Shown piece by piece: positions 35,401-56,215 of a DNA stretch of 64,000 bases. Position 1 is the stretch's first letter. Each line of letters opens with the position of its first letter. Origin of the DNA: Hormiphora californensis (Eukaryota; Animalia; Ctenophora); NCBI GenBank assembly GCA_020137815.1, contig CM035356.1, forward strand, positions 2,418,001 to 2,482,000. Direction: 5' to 3'. A program made the position numbers and the translations under genes. Under the pieces are notes generated by a model. It was not told the origin of the DNA. It saw only the letters and a program-made list of their open reading frames with translations, and ran no database searches.

Positions 35401-35433
35401 TCGTAGTGACTGTTTCTCTTTGTCTAGCGACAT
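27055..35433 (-). CDS. Organic anion transporting polypeptide (OATP/SLCO, SLCO4-like), 13 coding exons, ~748 aa
   Basis: Exons 35433-35290, 35084-34873, 34040-33850, 33459-33259, 33106-32912, 32414-32281, 32041-31977, 31077-30967, 30756-30646, 30086-29915, 29183-28993, 28339-28163, 27397-27055. OATP signature DWVGAWWTGF, STIEKQFELSS, Kazal-like CNC..YDPVCG..FYSPCHAGC and GTIPGPVAFGIIIDTAC. Confidence 0.92.
29355..29448. repeat. (AG)n microsatellite
   Basis: Read directly. Confidence 0.9.
30405..30656. repeat. ~36-43-bp tandem repeat made of copies of an SLCO exon/intron donor junction
   Basis: ACTTACC(C/T)TCCTG(CTACTAGTATAATACAAT) occurs about five times; the last copy is the real donor at 30645/30646. 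Confidence 0.8.
33187..33227. mobile_element. 41-bp hairpin mini-MITE of the same family as 21488-23052
   Basis: TA|CAGGGTGTCCCACTGTCACGCAAAGACAGTGGGACACCCTG|TA. Confidence 0.8.
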
Positions 35434-36359
35434 GGCGCTCCTGAAACGAGAGAGGGGATTGATTAGCTGAGTTGATTGGTAATGAAATCAACTGTATCAG
35501 TCTGCAGTCATTGTTACACGGTTATGTTCGGTCCAGATCTGTCAAATCTTATTCTCATCTATATCGGGTGGCCCCTAATTTGGGTTTTGGCAACATAATA
35601 CCAATTGGAATATGTTGGAATGAACATGAAACATGTCTCGTGCAGCTCTCAAAGGAGAATTTATCAACTCGATCACGCGGGAGAGAAAAGAGGGAAATAT
35701 GAGTTGCCTTGAAATACTATACACACACACAGCTGGGGCCTCACGTGAGACAAAACCCCATAACACAGTCACATACGGAGCAATTGAAGCGTCCCTTTTA
35801 GTTGTACAAAAAGTGAGGTTTATAGACATGACATGTTTCTCAATATATCAGGGCTGTGATGGCGTCCCAATCGCTCAATACTAAACCACCGTGGGCGTGG
35901 TACGTGGTATCCATGGGTACCTACAGCTGTGTGTCCTGCAGTTCCCAGCACTATTATACTAAGCTGTATTGGTAACCAAGTTAGGAACATTTACACAGAA
36001 AATACACATGTTCTGCAGCAGCATGGATAAAACAGGTACTGTGTGACACACACCCCTACCTACCGCTCTGAAGACTGCATGGAAAACTAACAACTATAAT
36101 TGGTGCAATCGAGTGAGATGTTAGTCCAGTATCAATCACACAGACCGAAGAATAGAAGGCACATAGTGAACTGGAATGTGTAAAATGAAACGAGATGACC
36201 ATGTTTGATAACACCGTATGGTGAAATGAACACCAATGTCGCACACCAATTTGACCATGACATATGTTTTCCTGAAATGACCAGGGTACATTCGCACAAC
36301 GGTGTGAAAAGGAATATTATGTTGGTCGGGTAATAATAGGCGGTTTGTTTTTCAATATC

Positions 36360-36517
36360 ATTCTCTCTCTCTGTCTGTTTCTCTGTCTGTTCTTTCTTCT
36401 GTTCTCTCTTTCTACCTCTCTCTCTCTCTCTCTGCTCTCCTCTCTCTCTCTCTTTCTCTCTCTCGCTCTCTCTCTCTCTCCTCTCTCTCCCTCTCTCTTC
36501 TCTCTCTCTCTCTCTTC

Positions 36518-36568
<51 letters not shown>
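36360..36568. repeat. Imperfect (CT)n microsatellite
   Basis: Read directly. Confidence 0.85.
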
Positions 36569-36569
<1 letters not shown>

Positions 36570-36877
36570 ACACACTCTCACTACCCCATTTTGGAGATGA
36601 TCTATTCCTATCTCATGAGGAGAATAAACAAGAAACACCACTACTCTTTACACTGCTCATACCCCCCCCCCCACACAGACACACGTGCACCAGGAGAGAG
36701 AGAGAGAGGGAGGGAAAGTCAGAGAGAGGATATTATCGAATCCTCAAATGACCATGATATCATGATATTAAAATGATGAATGATATCTGGCTGATTCCCA
36801 CATCTGAAGTGTGCAGTGTTAGATCATTTGAATGCTGCCAGCTGCACTTCCGGAAAGCCTAAATTTCATACGTAGAA

Positions 36878-37338
36878 TACAGATAGAGAGAGATACAGAT
36901 AGAGAGAAATGTAGAGAGAGATACAGATAGAGAGAAATGTAGAGAGAGATACAGATAGAGAGAAATGTAGAGAGAGATACAGATAGAGAGAAATGTAGAG
37001 AGAGATACAGATAGAGAGAAATGTAGAGAGAGATACAAATTGAGATACATAGAGAGAAATGTAGAGAGAGATACGTAGAGAAGAGAGAGATACAGATAGA
37101 GAGAAATGTAGAGAGAGATACAGATAGAGAGAAATGTAGAGAGAGATACAGATAGAGAGAAATGTAGAGAGAGATACAGATAGAGAGAGATGTACAGATA
37201 GAAGGAGATAGAGAGAAATGTAGAGAGAGATACAGATAGAGAGAAATGTAGAGAGAGATACAGATAGAGAGAGATACAGATAGAGAGAGATAAAGAGAGA
37301 TACAGATAGAGAGAGAATGTAGAGAGAGATACAGATAG
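36878..37338. repeat. 28-bp minisatellite AGAGAGAAATGTAGAGAGAGATACAGAT
   Basis: Period of 28 between 36901 and 36929; about 16 units. Confidence 0.85.
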
Positions 37339-38512
37339 GACATTAGAAAATTACAGTAACGTCACGCTTCACGGTAGAAATTAATACATTGTACACTGGT
37401 GTACCAGTTGTACACATTGTACGTGTTGTTACATCGTTAATAAAGCAAGAGTGAGATCACGGAACCAACACAGAATTTAGTCGACAAAACCAACGTAAAC
37501 CAACAATTACTGTCTCTCTCTCTCTCTCTCTCTATGTGTTCTACCTAATTTTAAGTGCCATATATTTCTGAACCTTCTTCTGGACAAGAACCTCACTGAG
37601 GAGCCTAAACAAAGTTCCAATGCCCACTCTCCCAATGTGAGTCCTCAGCACATCGCCCATCTTATCAAGAACAACTAGCAGCCCCATGACGATCACGTGG
37701 TAGTAGACTGGTAGTGACAATGAAACAAGGCTGATACATCACAATAGCACACTTGTAGATCAGACACGAATTAGGGGGGGGGGGATGACGGGGTGAGGGC
37801 AGCAGGCTTACACATTCCAGTAGTAGTAGTAGGGACATGTATAATGTGTGGAAAACACATGATGTCTGGTGACATGGGTAGCGGCATTTTGAAACAAGGT
37901 ACATGGTGGTAATATGCCAATAATATGTGCACATATTACCGGCAGATTTGAAAGCTTTCTACTGATGTTAGTTCAAAGCCAGGGTATAACATCTATCCAG
38001 CTACGTTAGACTTTAAGGTCCCTCAATCTCACCAACTAGTTCTTTGCCATACTGTACGTGACTGTAATGTCCGATTCGGAAAGAACACTGGGCAGTCTTT
38101 AGTGAGGCAACTAAAAATTCACATTCCAAACAACCCTTACCCTTCATCCTCTTCCTCGATGAAGGAATACCGATCCTCCCTGACCTTATAACTTCTCCTT
38201 CGAACTCGTCCCATGTTATATACACAAGCAAGGTATTACACACACAAGAACAACAGTAGCGCTAGAAAAATATGTGCTGTCTCTCTATGTCGGCGAGGTA
38301 AGAAAGTGGGTTCTCTCTCTTTATCTCTCTCTAGTTATTCAATGTATCTCTCTCCCTCTCTCTCTTTATCTCTCTTTAGTTGTTCCATGTATCTCCCTTC
38401 CACTCACTCTGCGGCCGGTCTCGTGATGGCTTGTTATCTAAACCAGATTAGAACAAGCCGTTCTTGGGTAACAGCTGGGTCACTGGTGAGAGAAATGGAC
38501 GGATAGAGAGAA

Positions 38513-38711
<199 letters not shown>

Positions 38712-39537
38712 TGCCGGATGGAGTTAAAAAGAGTCACATTGCATTGGTCCTTGAGACAGGAAGGCGATTTCAGGTTACAGTGACCTGGCATTAGGTTGCA
38801 TAAAACCCTGCATTTTTCTGAGAACCTATAAATCACCTCTCTCTCCCTGTCTCCCTATCTTTATAGCGTATTTGGGGCATTAAGAGGGGCGTGTGTCAGA
38901 GATAATAATTATCGTGTGCAGCAGTGTTGCTAAAAGCTGCACTCGTGCAGTAGTAGATAGGCCCCGGGTACTAAGAAGGGGCAGGATGCTACCGAGGGAT
39001 GTTTTTTGACATGCCGCTTCTTGATTCTTATCTCTATTTGACCACAACTTTTTAACTGTCCTACAACACTATCTGGTATATCATCATCCTGGTACTCAGC
39101 CCACCAGGTGTTATCGCTACATCATGAACACACAGTGAACCATCATCTAATCAGTGGTGCTGGTATCAGTAAGGATTGGCCCCTGTGTAGGCCCTGTAGG
39201 GTTCCCAAACAGGGTTCAAGCCCATGGCAACCGCTCTAATCAATAAAATCAATACAGTGAACAGTCGTGTTTCATGCGTGTACCTTTTGTTAGACACAAA
39301 GATGAGTTTCATGATAAGGCGTTGTTCAAGCATGTTCTCTCGATTCTGCAGCTCCTATTTGAGGTCTACCAAGCAGCGGGTCAGAAGAATCTGTAACAGA
39401 CCAATCCTCAAGAGTTGACCAAACAGAGAGCAGAAACAAGATGGAGACACGCTCACAACGAAAAGGGGGTAAAACTAAGGGGGGGTACCTTTAGCACACG
39501 CACTCTCACACCGAGACGATTTCCTACCTTTGGGATC

Positions 39538-39605
39538 TGGCCAATCACAGAGCAACATCCGGGGGAGATCTGACCAATGGGATGAGAGGATGGAGGTCAC
39601 GTGAC
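39538..39605. promoter_or_regulatory. Candidate promoter cluster (two CCAAT boxes plus the palindromic E-box GTCACGTGAC), possibly for SLCO
   Basis: Motifs are visible, with possible minus-strand 5'-UTR exons nearby (~39283-39390). Function is inferred. Confidence 0.3.
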
Positions 39606-42439
39606 TTATTGACGGACACACATTACATATGTTAACCAGACGGCGGAGAGAGAGTGAATAACAAGAATGAACCGCCGTGCGGGGAGATTAATAACATTGA
39701 AAGTGACAGCCGGTCTAGATCGGAGTTTAGAAAGAAAAGAAAGAGATAGACGGAGAGGGAGAGATAGACGGAGAGGGGGAAGAGAGGAGAAGTGAGGTGA
39801 CTGGGTGTGTATGTGTTCCGGTTTGGGTAGCTCTATTGTTCGCAGTTTTTTATATCCTCTTTTTGGCCCCTTTCGTCTAGTCTACCTGTGCTCACCCCCC
39901 AATTGTCCGTCTGTCTCGCTGTCTAGGATCTGTCAGCATGTCTCATGTTACAGTTGAGTTGTTCGTCTGTCTGTCTGATAATGTCACGTCTGTCTGATTG
40001 TCTGCAATACCTGGATTTCTTTTCTTTGCCTCGCTCCCCTCTCAATCGGTTCCATGTTTTGGGTCGGAAAATTCTAAAAACATCGATCAAGCACTCTGTA
40101 ACGATGTTAGGCATCTGTCTAAAATAGAAAACAAGGGGGTTAGATGAGGATGTTTGGTTATGGAAAATTTCATGAAATAGCTGAACATAATGTTGGGGAC
40201 TCTCGTGCTAAAAGTTTGCTACTCCACAAACTGCTACAAAAGATAAATAATAGGAATACAAAGTATCGACGGCAAAAGGTTTATGTCTTGACAAATGTCA
40301 AAAGAGAGGAAGGCTCAATGCCCAAAAGAGGCACAGCTACTGGCTATTGATTGAGAGATGAGGGTACAAAGTACACGTTATATAAGGACTAAGGAGGTCC
40401 CTTTGTTGTCTGGATCAGAGGGCATCTTTGTGAAAATGTGAGAGGGGAAACATTGGTACTGGCACTACCATAATTTAGATCATCGCCCTCGAGATCAATC
40501 TTTAAGAAATTGAAACTATTAATATACCATTTCTTATACAACCACCTAGTTTTAAAACTGCACAACTTACAATCAAAACATTCCAAATTGAACGAAATCA
40601 AACCATTCCATGAACAATAGCTCGTAGAGTGTTATAGGAACAGGTGTGAGGATAGAAAAAGAAAGAGAGAGAGAACGATGTGCGTCAGATAGAGAGAGAG
40701 AGAAAGGAGAATAGATAGAAAGATAGAAAACGATGTTTAAAAAGATGTATTTATAAGAACAATTCGATGAAGTTCTCACTGCCAAGTGCCAAGTGAAGAA
40801 AATCTGTCAGTGTCAGGTTTTAAAGACGAACAAAATAAAAAATTCTGTACGTTGAGATGAGGACATATATCACAATCACTACCAAGGCTCAATCTAGAGA
40901 GGAATAAGTCGCTAAAACGTTGTTTTACTACTGCACACTATCACGGCAGCATGCAGGTGCAACAATCAGATTGGCTCGGTAACATGGCGTGATATACTGT
41001 GGAGCGTGCTATAGTGCCAACAGGAAAACGTACCTCCCACCTCCCTGACCAGCCTCTCTATCTCTCTATCATTCTATCTCTCTCTCTCTCCTTCTCTCCT
41101 AACCAGTGCTTGGCGAAAGACGACTGAGCAGGTGTACTAGCAGCATCCTTACTTACATAAACACAGACATGATACCACGTACCAAGAAGAGGACTAAGAA
41201 GAGGAGAAATGGGTGAGGGAGAGAGGGAGGGCACTACATGAACATCAGGGAAAGTGGATTTGCCTCATTTCGGTAATCTCATCACACTGCACTGGAAAGC
41301 AATACTGTTCCTGCGTGTACTGTGACACTTGTATGTATCACTATCTTGTAGATTAATTTCATTGTGCTGTAACAAAAGCTATTACACTTGAATTAATTGT
41401 TCAAACCACATAGAATGAACAACTTTAATCCTCGGGTAGCTACCGGTAGGTCTAACTAATTGTCGTGGTTTGATTGTATATGAACGCAATTACCACCACT
41501 TGATCACTCATTTGCACAGACTGTGCACAGCTATACTAAATTAGGACTGCGGTTTGGTACAGTGCAGCAGGGTAAACTATTATAGCTGAGATGAGTAAAC
41601 AACAATGACGATCTACAGCAACACTCAATAGCCTGATGATGGAGTGGTAGTGCAACTACCAACAGAGAACACAACAGTGAGGCACGCTGGCAACTCTCCA
41701 ATAAAAACTACCAGGAGGAATGAGCTACGATCAGGGAGCTATATCAGAGCGGTTGTAGTATCTTGCGGATAGCTGTCTGAACAATCTGCTAATATACCGT
41801 GTCAGATATCGTGAGAAGAAGGCCTGATCCAATTACAGCGCCCAATCAGCAATTAATTAATGATACTCAAGGCGGTCTATTACTGAGTAAGAACTGCTGC
41901 AGTGCCTACCTACTCGCCTCATGAAATAGGTACGAAACCCCCGGGTATAATAATACCCTCGTACTAAGAGAGACATTTTAACAGAGAGGTGCAACAACAA
42001 TCAGATGGTGCATGCTACCGGATGTTGGAGATTTATGCGGCTGTTAGTTTAGCATCTTCTTTCCTTGTTAGTTCTCTCTCAACCTTTCTCTCTATCACTG
42101 AACCTCTCTTTCTCTCACTTAGTGCTTGCACTGTCTCTCATTTTCTTTCTTTCTCTCCTTTTCCTCTCTCATCCTACGGCAGTGCTCGTGCAAAACAAAC
42201 AAAAAAGTTTCAAACTACGGTCCCTTGATATCGCATTGATATGACCTCGGTTAGAAGCGGAAAGAAAATGAGCATGGCCTACAGCTTTGGCTTAAGTCCA
42301 AGCTTTATCATTCTTACCCTGCCAACTTTTTTTGATATGCTGAAGTTAACTGACTAAAGGATAATGGAAGAAATATGCTCATTCGGTCGGAGAAATAGTG
42401 CCCTAATCCCTACCCTGCCAACTCATACTTCAAATTTAA

Positions 42440-42724
42440 CAGGGGCGGTGCGCGGCGTTCATTCACGAAAAAATTTTTGGGTCCAGCGCTGCAGAAAATG
42501 TAACACGCGAGGTGGGTCTGGACCCTATTGGTCAATAGCGCTGCCGCATAAGCTTTTTCTTGCGCGCATTCGTTTTTTCAATTGAAAATCGGCTCATTTT
42601 TTCACTTTTTTTTGTTTGTTTTTGCTGATTTTTTCACTTTTTAGCAAGTTTTCCCATTTTCTTCTCCTCTCTCGTCCAAAAAGTGGGTCCTGGACCCAAT
42701 GGACCCAGCCTTGCTTCGCCCCTG
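42440..42724. mobile_element. 285-bp hAT-type MITE
   Basis: CAGGGGCG...CGCCCCTG termini and 8-bp TSD AAATTTAA (42432-39, 42725-32). Confidence 0.85.
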
Positions 42725-42940
42725 AAATTTAAGCATTAAAATTTTGTCTGAAATCAGCTGTTTCAATTAGGTTTTGGCATACGCTTGAGAGCACGACTCT
42801 TGCTCCAAAGCGTACGCCTGAGCCTAATTTCTACCGACCTCGTGTACCTCCCATTCACCCCCGTACATTCTGAACTTAAAATTGATGAAATACAGGTTTC
42901 AAGAGATACTAGCTGCATTTTCAACGCAGTGGGAATAACT

Positions 42941-43528
42941 TAAAGTCGGATTTTTTGAAACTGTCACCCCCCTGGGTATTTTCAAATTTCGTAAATGACC
43001 ATAAATCCGGTTCCTGACGAGATAGAGACTTGAAATTTGGAGGTTACGAAGATCTTGCTAAGTTCTTCCGAACCTCCAAATTTCAAGTCTCTATCTTATC
43101 AGGAACCGGAGATATGGCAAATTTTGTTATTTCAGGGGGGTGACAGTTTCAAAAAATCCGACTTTATGGATAACTAGATTCATAGCGCTTGCTGCTTGTA
43201 GTTACAAAGTTACAAAGTTTTTCGGAGATTTTTGAAAAAACCAAAAAAAAACGATTTGAAAATTTTGCGATCGTGATTTCTAACTTTTTCCCCCGCGCCG
43301 AAATTTGATGTTTTTAACGCGCGCGCTTGGACACGCGCAAAACAAAAACGCGCATTAACTTTTCATCATCAGGTAAAGTCGGATTTTTTGAAGTTGTCAC
43401 CCCCCTTTTCGTGCGCGGAAAGTTTTAGCGCGTCACATCACATGATAACGTGTGGTGTGCGCGTCAAAATTGATAAATTTCACATGCGCGGTCATTTTGG
43501 GGTGACAACTTCAAAAAATCCGACTTTA
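42941..43528. repeat. Two adjacent inverted-repeat units sharing the end TAAAGTCGGATTTTTTGAA..TGTCACCCC (42941-43166, 43374-43528)
   Basis: The motif is present four times as two inverted pairs, with an internal hairpin CCGGTTCCTGA...TCAGGAACCGG. Confidence 0.7.
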
Positions 43529-44053
43529 TAGAATTCTAAATAGAACATGGTTAAAAGTTTACCATTTATTATTGCATCATTCAATTTTAAAACCCATATC
43601 CAAACAGCAATTGAAAATTAATGCTTTTTCGATCTCTATCTCCACCTCTCATTCTGTCTCATTCTCAATCTCAAAGTCAAAGTCACTGCACACACGCTTT
43701 CTCAATCTCCACTTTTTTCAAACTCAATTTCCTGAGCCAAGTATAATCTCTGGTCATTTTATTTATTCGATATCGTACGACTGTAATACATACCATACAA
43801 TCACGATATGTTCCACATATATTTTAACTAGTCACACTTGGCTTGCACGAAAAGGCAATTATCAATTTCCCTGCACATGCGTGACGTGCAGCACTGCTTT
43901 AAACTGTAACTAGATTTGTATCTTGTTTTGACCAAGACTCTCTGTGGGCCAACTACAGTATTCTGATCATACTAATTAGTAATTACTAAATGCTCACTTT
44001 CTCCCCCAGTAGTCACAGTGAGTGTTTAACTTGACCGGTATCATGTAAACACC

Positions 44054-47000
44054 ATGGCATCACCATGGGGAAAACCACGTAGATGGGATCTGAACAGTTA
44101 CAGTCTTATCCACCGAGGAACCGGTGAGAAAAGCAACCTTTATGTCATAATATTGTCATGTCTTTCCTCTGATCTCATTCAAGAATCAAATTCTACAGAA
44201 ATGAATGACCCCACATTCCCTTCAAGTTCTACAGAAATTAGCGTGACAGTGCCACTAGCACTGTCACGCTAATTTCTATAGAAATAAAACGTCTTGACGT
44301 TACCGCATTCGCTAATGACGGGTGAGCAACTGCACAGACAACCCTTTCAAGTCTAAATATACCACAGGACTGACCTCGTATGTTGGTAAAACAGGACCAG
44401 TAAATCCACAACATGGGGGTCGAGGAGGAGGGGGTCTATCCAAATCAAGGAGTGCCTCGTCCCTACCAACCATTAAGAGGAGCCCATCTACCGGGAATAC
44501 AGCCGTTAGCATGAGGTCGTCCCTTCCACCTCACATGAGACCTGCAGGTAGGTTGACAATCTAGTAGCCACTATACTAACACACCTCTAAAAATAAATAG
44601 TGATTTAGGGAATTTGGTATTTTATTTAGGGAATTAGGGATTGCAATTTGTTTGTAAAATATACCCACTATTTTCTAGGTGGTCCGGCTGCCACAGGAGG
44701 ATTACGGAGATCCTCCTCTACCCACGTAATGAGAGGTGGTGGTGGCACTACCAGAGCACCTGTAACACCCATCACCACCCCTGTTTCCAACAAGAGGAGG
44801 GCACCTCCTGTCTCCCTTCGGAACATGAATGTTAGAGGTAACCAAATGATACAGACACAACAGAGACCTGTTATTACACCACCTGCAAACAGATCGACAA
44901 ACAGACAGACAGGAAACACAAACAGACAAACAGGAAACACAAACAGACAACCGGTGACAAACAGACAGACAAACACCACGGAAGATATTAGTAGGGCACC
45001 GGTTACAAGCAAGCAATGGCACACTGCCTTCAATCAAACGGGGAGCCAGACATACGGACAGACAAATAGACAGACAAACAGACATATAAACGGACAAACA
45101 AACGGACAGACAGACAGAATGATACCAAACAGATCGGGAGCTAGGAGACCTATGAACGGGGGCTTGGGAAACAAGCCCATAACTCCAATACTAAACATTA
45201 GGTAAGATCTGACACTAACACTGAATACAATACTTTTAGAGCCACCCTTGTCGGACCCAAAGTAAAACCCAATTCCCCAGGTGTCCATCGTACCCATTTA
45301 ATAAAACCTCCTACCTTGTTCTGAGACTTCAGCCCCAGTCCCACTTTCTCCGGAGACCGAGGATAAACAACCGTGAGCCATGCTCCAAGGAAAGAAAAAC
45401 AGCACTGTCAGTCCTTCACCGGTACATCAGGAACCTTCGGTGTGTCCCTGAACAGAGAGATATTATCAAGGTTAGTATAATCTTAGATTTTTCAAGAAAA
45501 TTATAGTGCCCACTCGCTCCACTCACAGAGAGATGGTCAGCCTAGAAAAAAATACTACTAATAATGGAATAATTGTCTGAAGCCTCAATTTTTCATTGAT
45601 GAATCCCATATTTCAGTTCTATACGCCGTTTGACAGTGCAGTGATGAGACCAGAACGGGATGAGGAAGTATCTAGTAGTGAAGCATGGCATTGCTACAAA
45701 GTAAGTGTAGCTAAATACAGTCAACTGTCGATTGTGTGGCCAAAACTTGTCAAATGTCAATACACTTCCAAAAGTTGAAAATCGCTATCCATTATTTTCT
45801 CTTAGGACACTTTAGAGTTAGACGACTCAGAGGAAAGTGAAGTGATGTCATTTCATGAGTGGGAGACAAGAAGGAGAAGAGAGGATGCCACCACCCACGG
45901 AATAGACCAACTTGAGAGTAGTTGCTGTAGTGATGAACTCTCAGAGGGTGATGATGGTAATGGGATACCTGCAGATGACCAGAATTCTGGAAAACTAGAA
46001 CACGAGACAGAGAATTCTGAAAAACTAGGAAACGAAACAGAGAGTGCTGAAAAACTACAAAAGGAGACAGAATCCGAATTAGGGGCAGATTCTGTTTCTA
46101 CCTCATCAGCTTCCAAAGAAAAGGACTCCGGTAACTTCTCCCAGAACTACACTTCTCCCGAGGAGGAAGATTCTGAGTTTGCTGTCATGAAGAGACTGCA
46201 GGAGATTATTGAGGAGGAGGTCCGTGAAGTGAGTCCTGAGAAGGAGATGGAGTTGGTAGATCTGATATCTGAGGAGATGTTGGAGCGGGAATTGAGGCTG
46301 ATATCCCTCTCAACCTCGTCTGATGACAGTGCTGATAAGGAGTTTAGGGCACTGGCCCTCACTCCCACTGATAGAGAGGTGCTGAGCAGGTTGGGTAGTA
46401 TCACTCCAACCAATAATAATAACCTGCTTTCTACACCTGGGATGCAGTGGCCCGGTGATGAGGGGATGATAGCATCAGGGTCAGGGGGGATAGCATCAGG
46501 GTTTAATGGAGAAAGAGAGGCATCGGTAGAGAACAGTGTGGGGAAGGAATCGTTAAAAGAGAAGCAGGAAATGGAGACAACGACAGAGAAAGAACAAAGC
46601 CCACCCTCAGAAGTGGAGCAATTCGCTGAAATTGTCAACCCTGTTGAGCAACCTGTTGTGGAACCTGTAGAAACCGCAGAGACAATTCCAGAACCCTACT
46701 CTAAATTTGAGAATTTAGTACCACCTGTAGAAGATCGAGTATCAAGTGAAACCCCTCAGATAACACCAAACTCACAACCTGAAACTAAAAACAGAAACAG
46801 GAGTGTTTCAGAGGTACCAGCAGTTAGAAAGGAAACAACGAAAGAAAGGATAGCACGCATAGCTGCCGAGTACAACAGAAACAGAAGTCACTCTGAGGCA
46901 TCTGATCAACATAGGAGAGACCGGCCTAACGCGGTGGCGTTCTTCTTCGATCTTTCAACTTCCACCAGTAACTTGAACCCTTCAGACGAACCATCGGAGA

Positions 47001-48458
47001 GAATTGTTCAAAATGGCTCAACACCTCCATCAGTTTTAAACAGCAACTTTTCCCATGATAAGTCTCCTGAGTTGAGTATCCATGATCGGCCGGTAGACTC
47101 TGTGTTCGGTGAGATAAGTCTGGTAGAAAGGAGTGTTCTACCCTCAGAGGTATCTCCTGACAACTGTACCAGAGAGAGCAGCCCAGGAGACCCCACTATC
47201 AGGAGTTTTGAGGGGGCAACCATTGGAAGTTTGAACAGCGATTCTGATAAGAGAATGAGCGATGGAAACCTTGATGGCAGTGAGGTAACCCAGGAAGATG
47301 ACAAGATATCACCTGTTTCGGTTGTCTCCAAGGGGACAGAAAAGGAAATCTCTAATGAGGGACAGATGAAGTCTCATAGTGAGGGGACAGAGGAACTTCA
47401 AAAGGAAGAGGTGGATGAGAATTCTGTGTCGGAAGCAGACAATACACGTTCAGATATCCCCCTGAATCAAATCTGTAAGCTCAGTGTGAAGGATGAGAGT
47501 TCTGAAGAAGTAAGAAGTTTGAGGGATGAGAACAGTTTAAAGGACGTTGAAAGTCTGAAAGACCAAGACAGTTTGACAGATAACAGCTTTGAACCAAGTC
47601 CTGATAGATTCGAATCTGGCCATTCAACCCATTATATAAGCCCTGAAAGGTGCGGTTCAATAAGCTCAACCATGACTAAAATAAGCCCAGAAAGGTCCGG
47701 GGTAGTCTGTTTGCAGAGTCCGGAGAGACTCACAACAGAACAGGTTCCGGAGAGGTTCACAACTCCACATTCAGATGGTTCGCCTGAACGACAGCTGACA
47801 GTTCCTGATAGTCACGAAGATGGAAGACTTGAAGATCAACATGTTGGTCATCCAGCGACGTTCATTGAGGGATCAGATCTCGACAATGAGGGATCTCTTA
47901 AAAGTGATTCGATCAGTAGTGATCTGCAACTCTCTGGACCGGAACCAAATAACGAACAATACAACTCGGAAGATCTGTATTCAGACCAGTACTCCGAGGA
48001 ACCTGACAATATAAACAGTCTCAAGCAGGAGGGTCTATTGTATAACGGGGGTCAAGATTCAGACGATATTCTAACTGGAGATCTCCTAAGTGAGAGTTCA
48101 GAGGAAGTAGAGGGGAAGTTGTATGATTCGGAGGGGAGGGACGCCCAGGGGAGGTTGTATGGGGAGGTATCTAGTCGGGAGGGTAGGTATGAGAGGATGG
48201 GATCTAGGGATGAGTCTTATACATGACTACACTGACTATACAGGAGGGTATACAGACGAACAGGCAACTTACAATACAACAGATCAGGATGTTTCAGAGG
48301 TAGCTCCTCTAGACCACAACAACTCCAGGTTCGCTCCACTCCCCGCCATTCGACCACTCAGGACCAGCTTCTCCGCAGGAACCCTGGCATTCCTCAGAAA
48401 GCAGGGTAATGATATGGACCTAGAGGAAAGGTCTGAACCTGAGGAAGAGGGAACCTGA
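44054..48458 (+). CDS. Large disordered orphan protein (~1.2 kaa; basic N-terminus, acidic Ser/Glu-rich C-terminus), apparent 1-nt frameshift near 48223
   Basis: Phase-consistent exons 44054-44123, 44338-44547, 44679-45201, 45240-45261, 45333-45470, 45617-45700, 45806-48226. Coding-like sequence continues in another frame to 48458. No recognised domain. Confidence 0.65.
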
Positions 48459-48676
48459 ATTGGAGAGAGTGATGTTAAATGTATGAAAATGATTTTTTAT
48501 TGGAATTAAAACTTCTTGTACTTCAAATTGTTTAAAAAACACTCGAAAGTTTTCCCACATTCTTAGTTTGGAATGCCAATCACAAGCAATTTCTTGGTTC
48601 TTGGCGGCAGTTCAGCTGTGATCTGGGACAACCGCCAACGCATATCTCCCACTCATATTGTAGACTTACCCACACA

Positions 48677-48677
<1 letters not shown>

Positions 48678-48761
<84 letters not shown>
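48678..48761. repeat. (CT)n microsatellite
   Basis: Read directly. Confidence 0.9.
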
Positions 48762-48765
<4 letters not shown>

Positions 48766-48886
48766 ACTATTCGAAGAGCACGTGTATGTTTACACTCTTA
48801 CATTTGAAAGATCGAACGTTGCGGATATATCTTGAGGCTAGTGCATCATTCCGGCCTCTATTGCAAGTAGTTCACCTTGTTTCAAT

Positions 48887-55646
<6,760 letters not shown>

Positions 55647-56215
55647 AAACTGCCCAAAATCAGAATATATAAATCGAGTTTGATTATAATATGTCTGCTA
55701 CGAAGCTGTGTTGAGAATCTCAATGAGTAATATTCGTGCATTCGTGCATTCGTTAATATGAAGCAGAGGATGTCAGATGTTCTTTATTTTATTGTTAAGT
55801 TATGACCATTAATATGCTACTGATTTTTAAATTTACAACGAATTGTAAACATCACGACTACCGGTTAATAAGTTTTTCTAAAAATAAAATAAACGCGTAT
55901 TAAATACTTTGTACAACAATATAGATTTGTGTAACATTGGTAACATAGGTATGAAGGTGCATTCTGATTAACGGTAATATGGGATAGGGGTGTGTAATAT
56001 GCGTGATTTCTAAACAAAGGTATGGGTTCTAATAAGTATATGAAGCTTTTCAACAAACTCGGGCGTGGGAAGGTGCTCAAACAACAAAATAGAGTTTTTG
56101 AAAAACACTCCAGTGTTCACTACTATACCCCGTAAAAAAGAGTACCTTGTGTGTTGGTGGGTGTTCACTACGTCTCGCATGCACATGATGTTTACCCGGC
56201 TCTAGGTCACTATAC

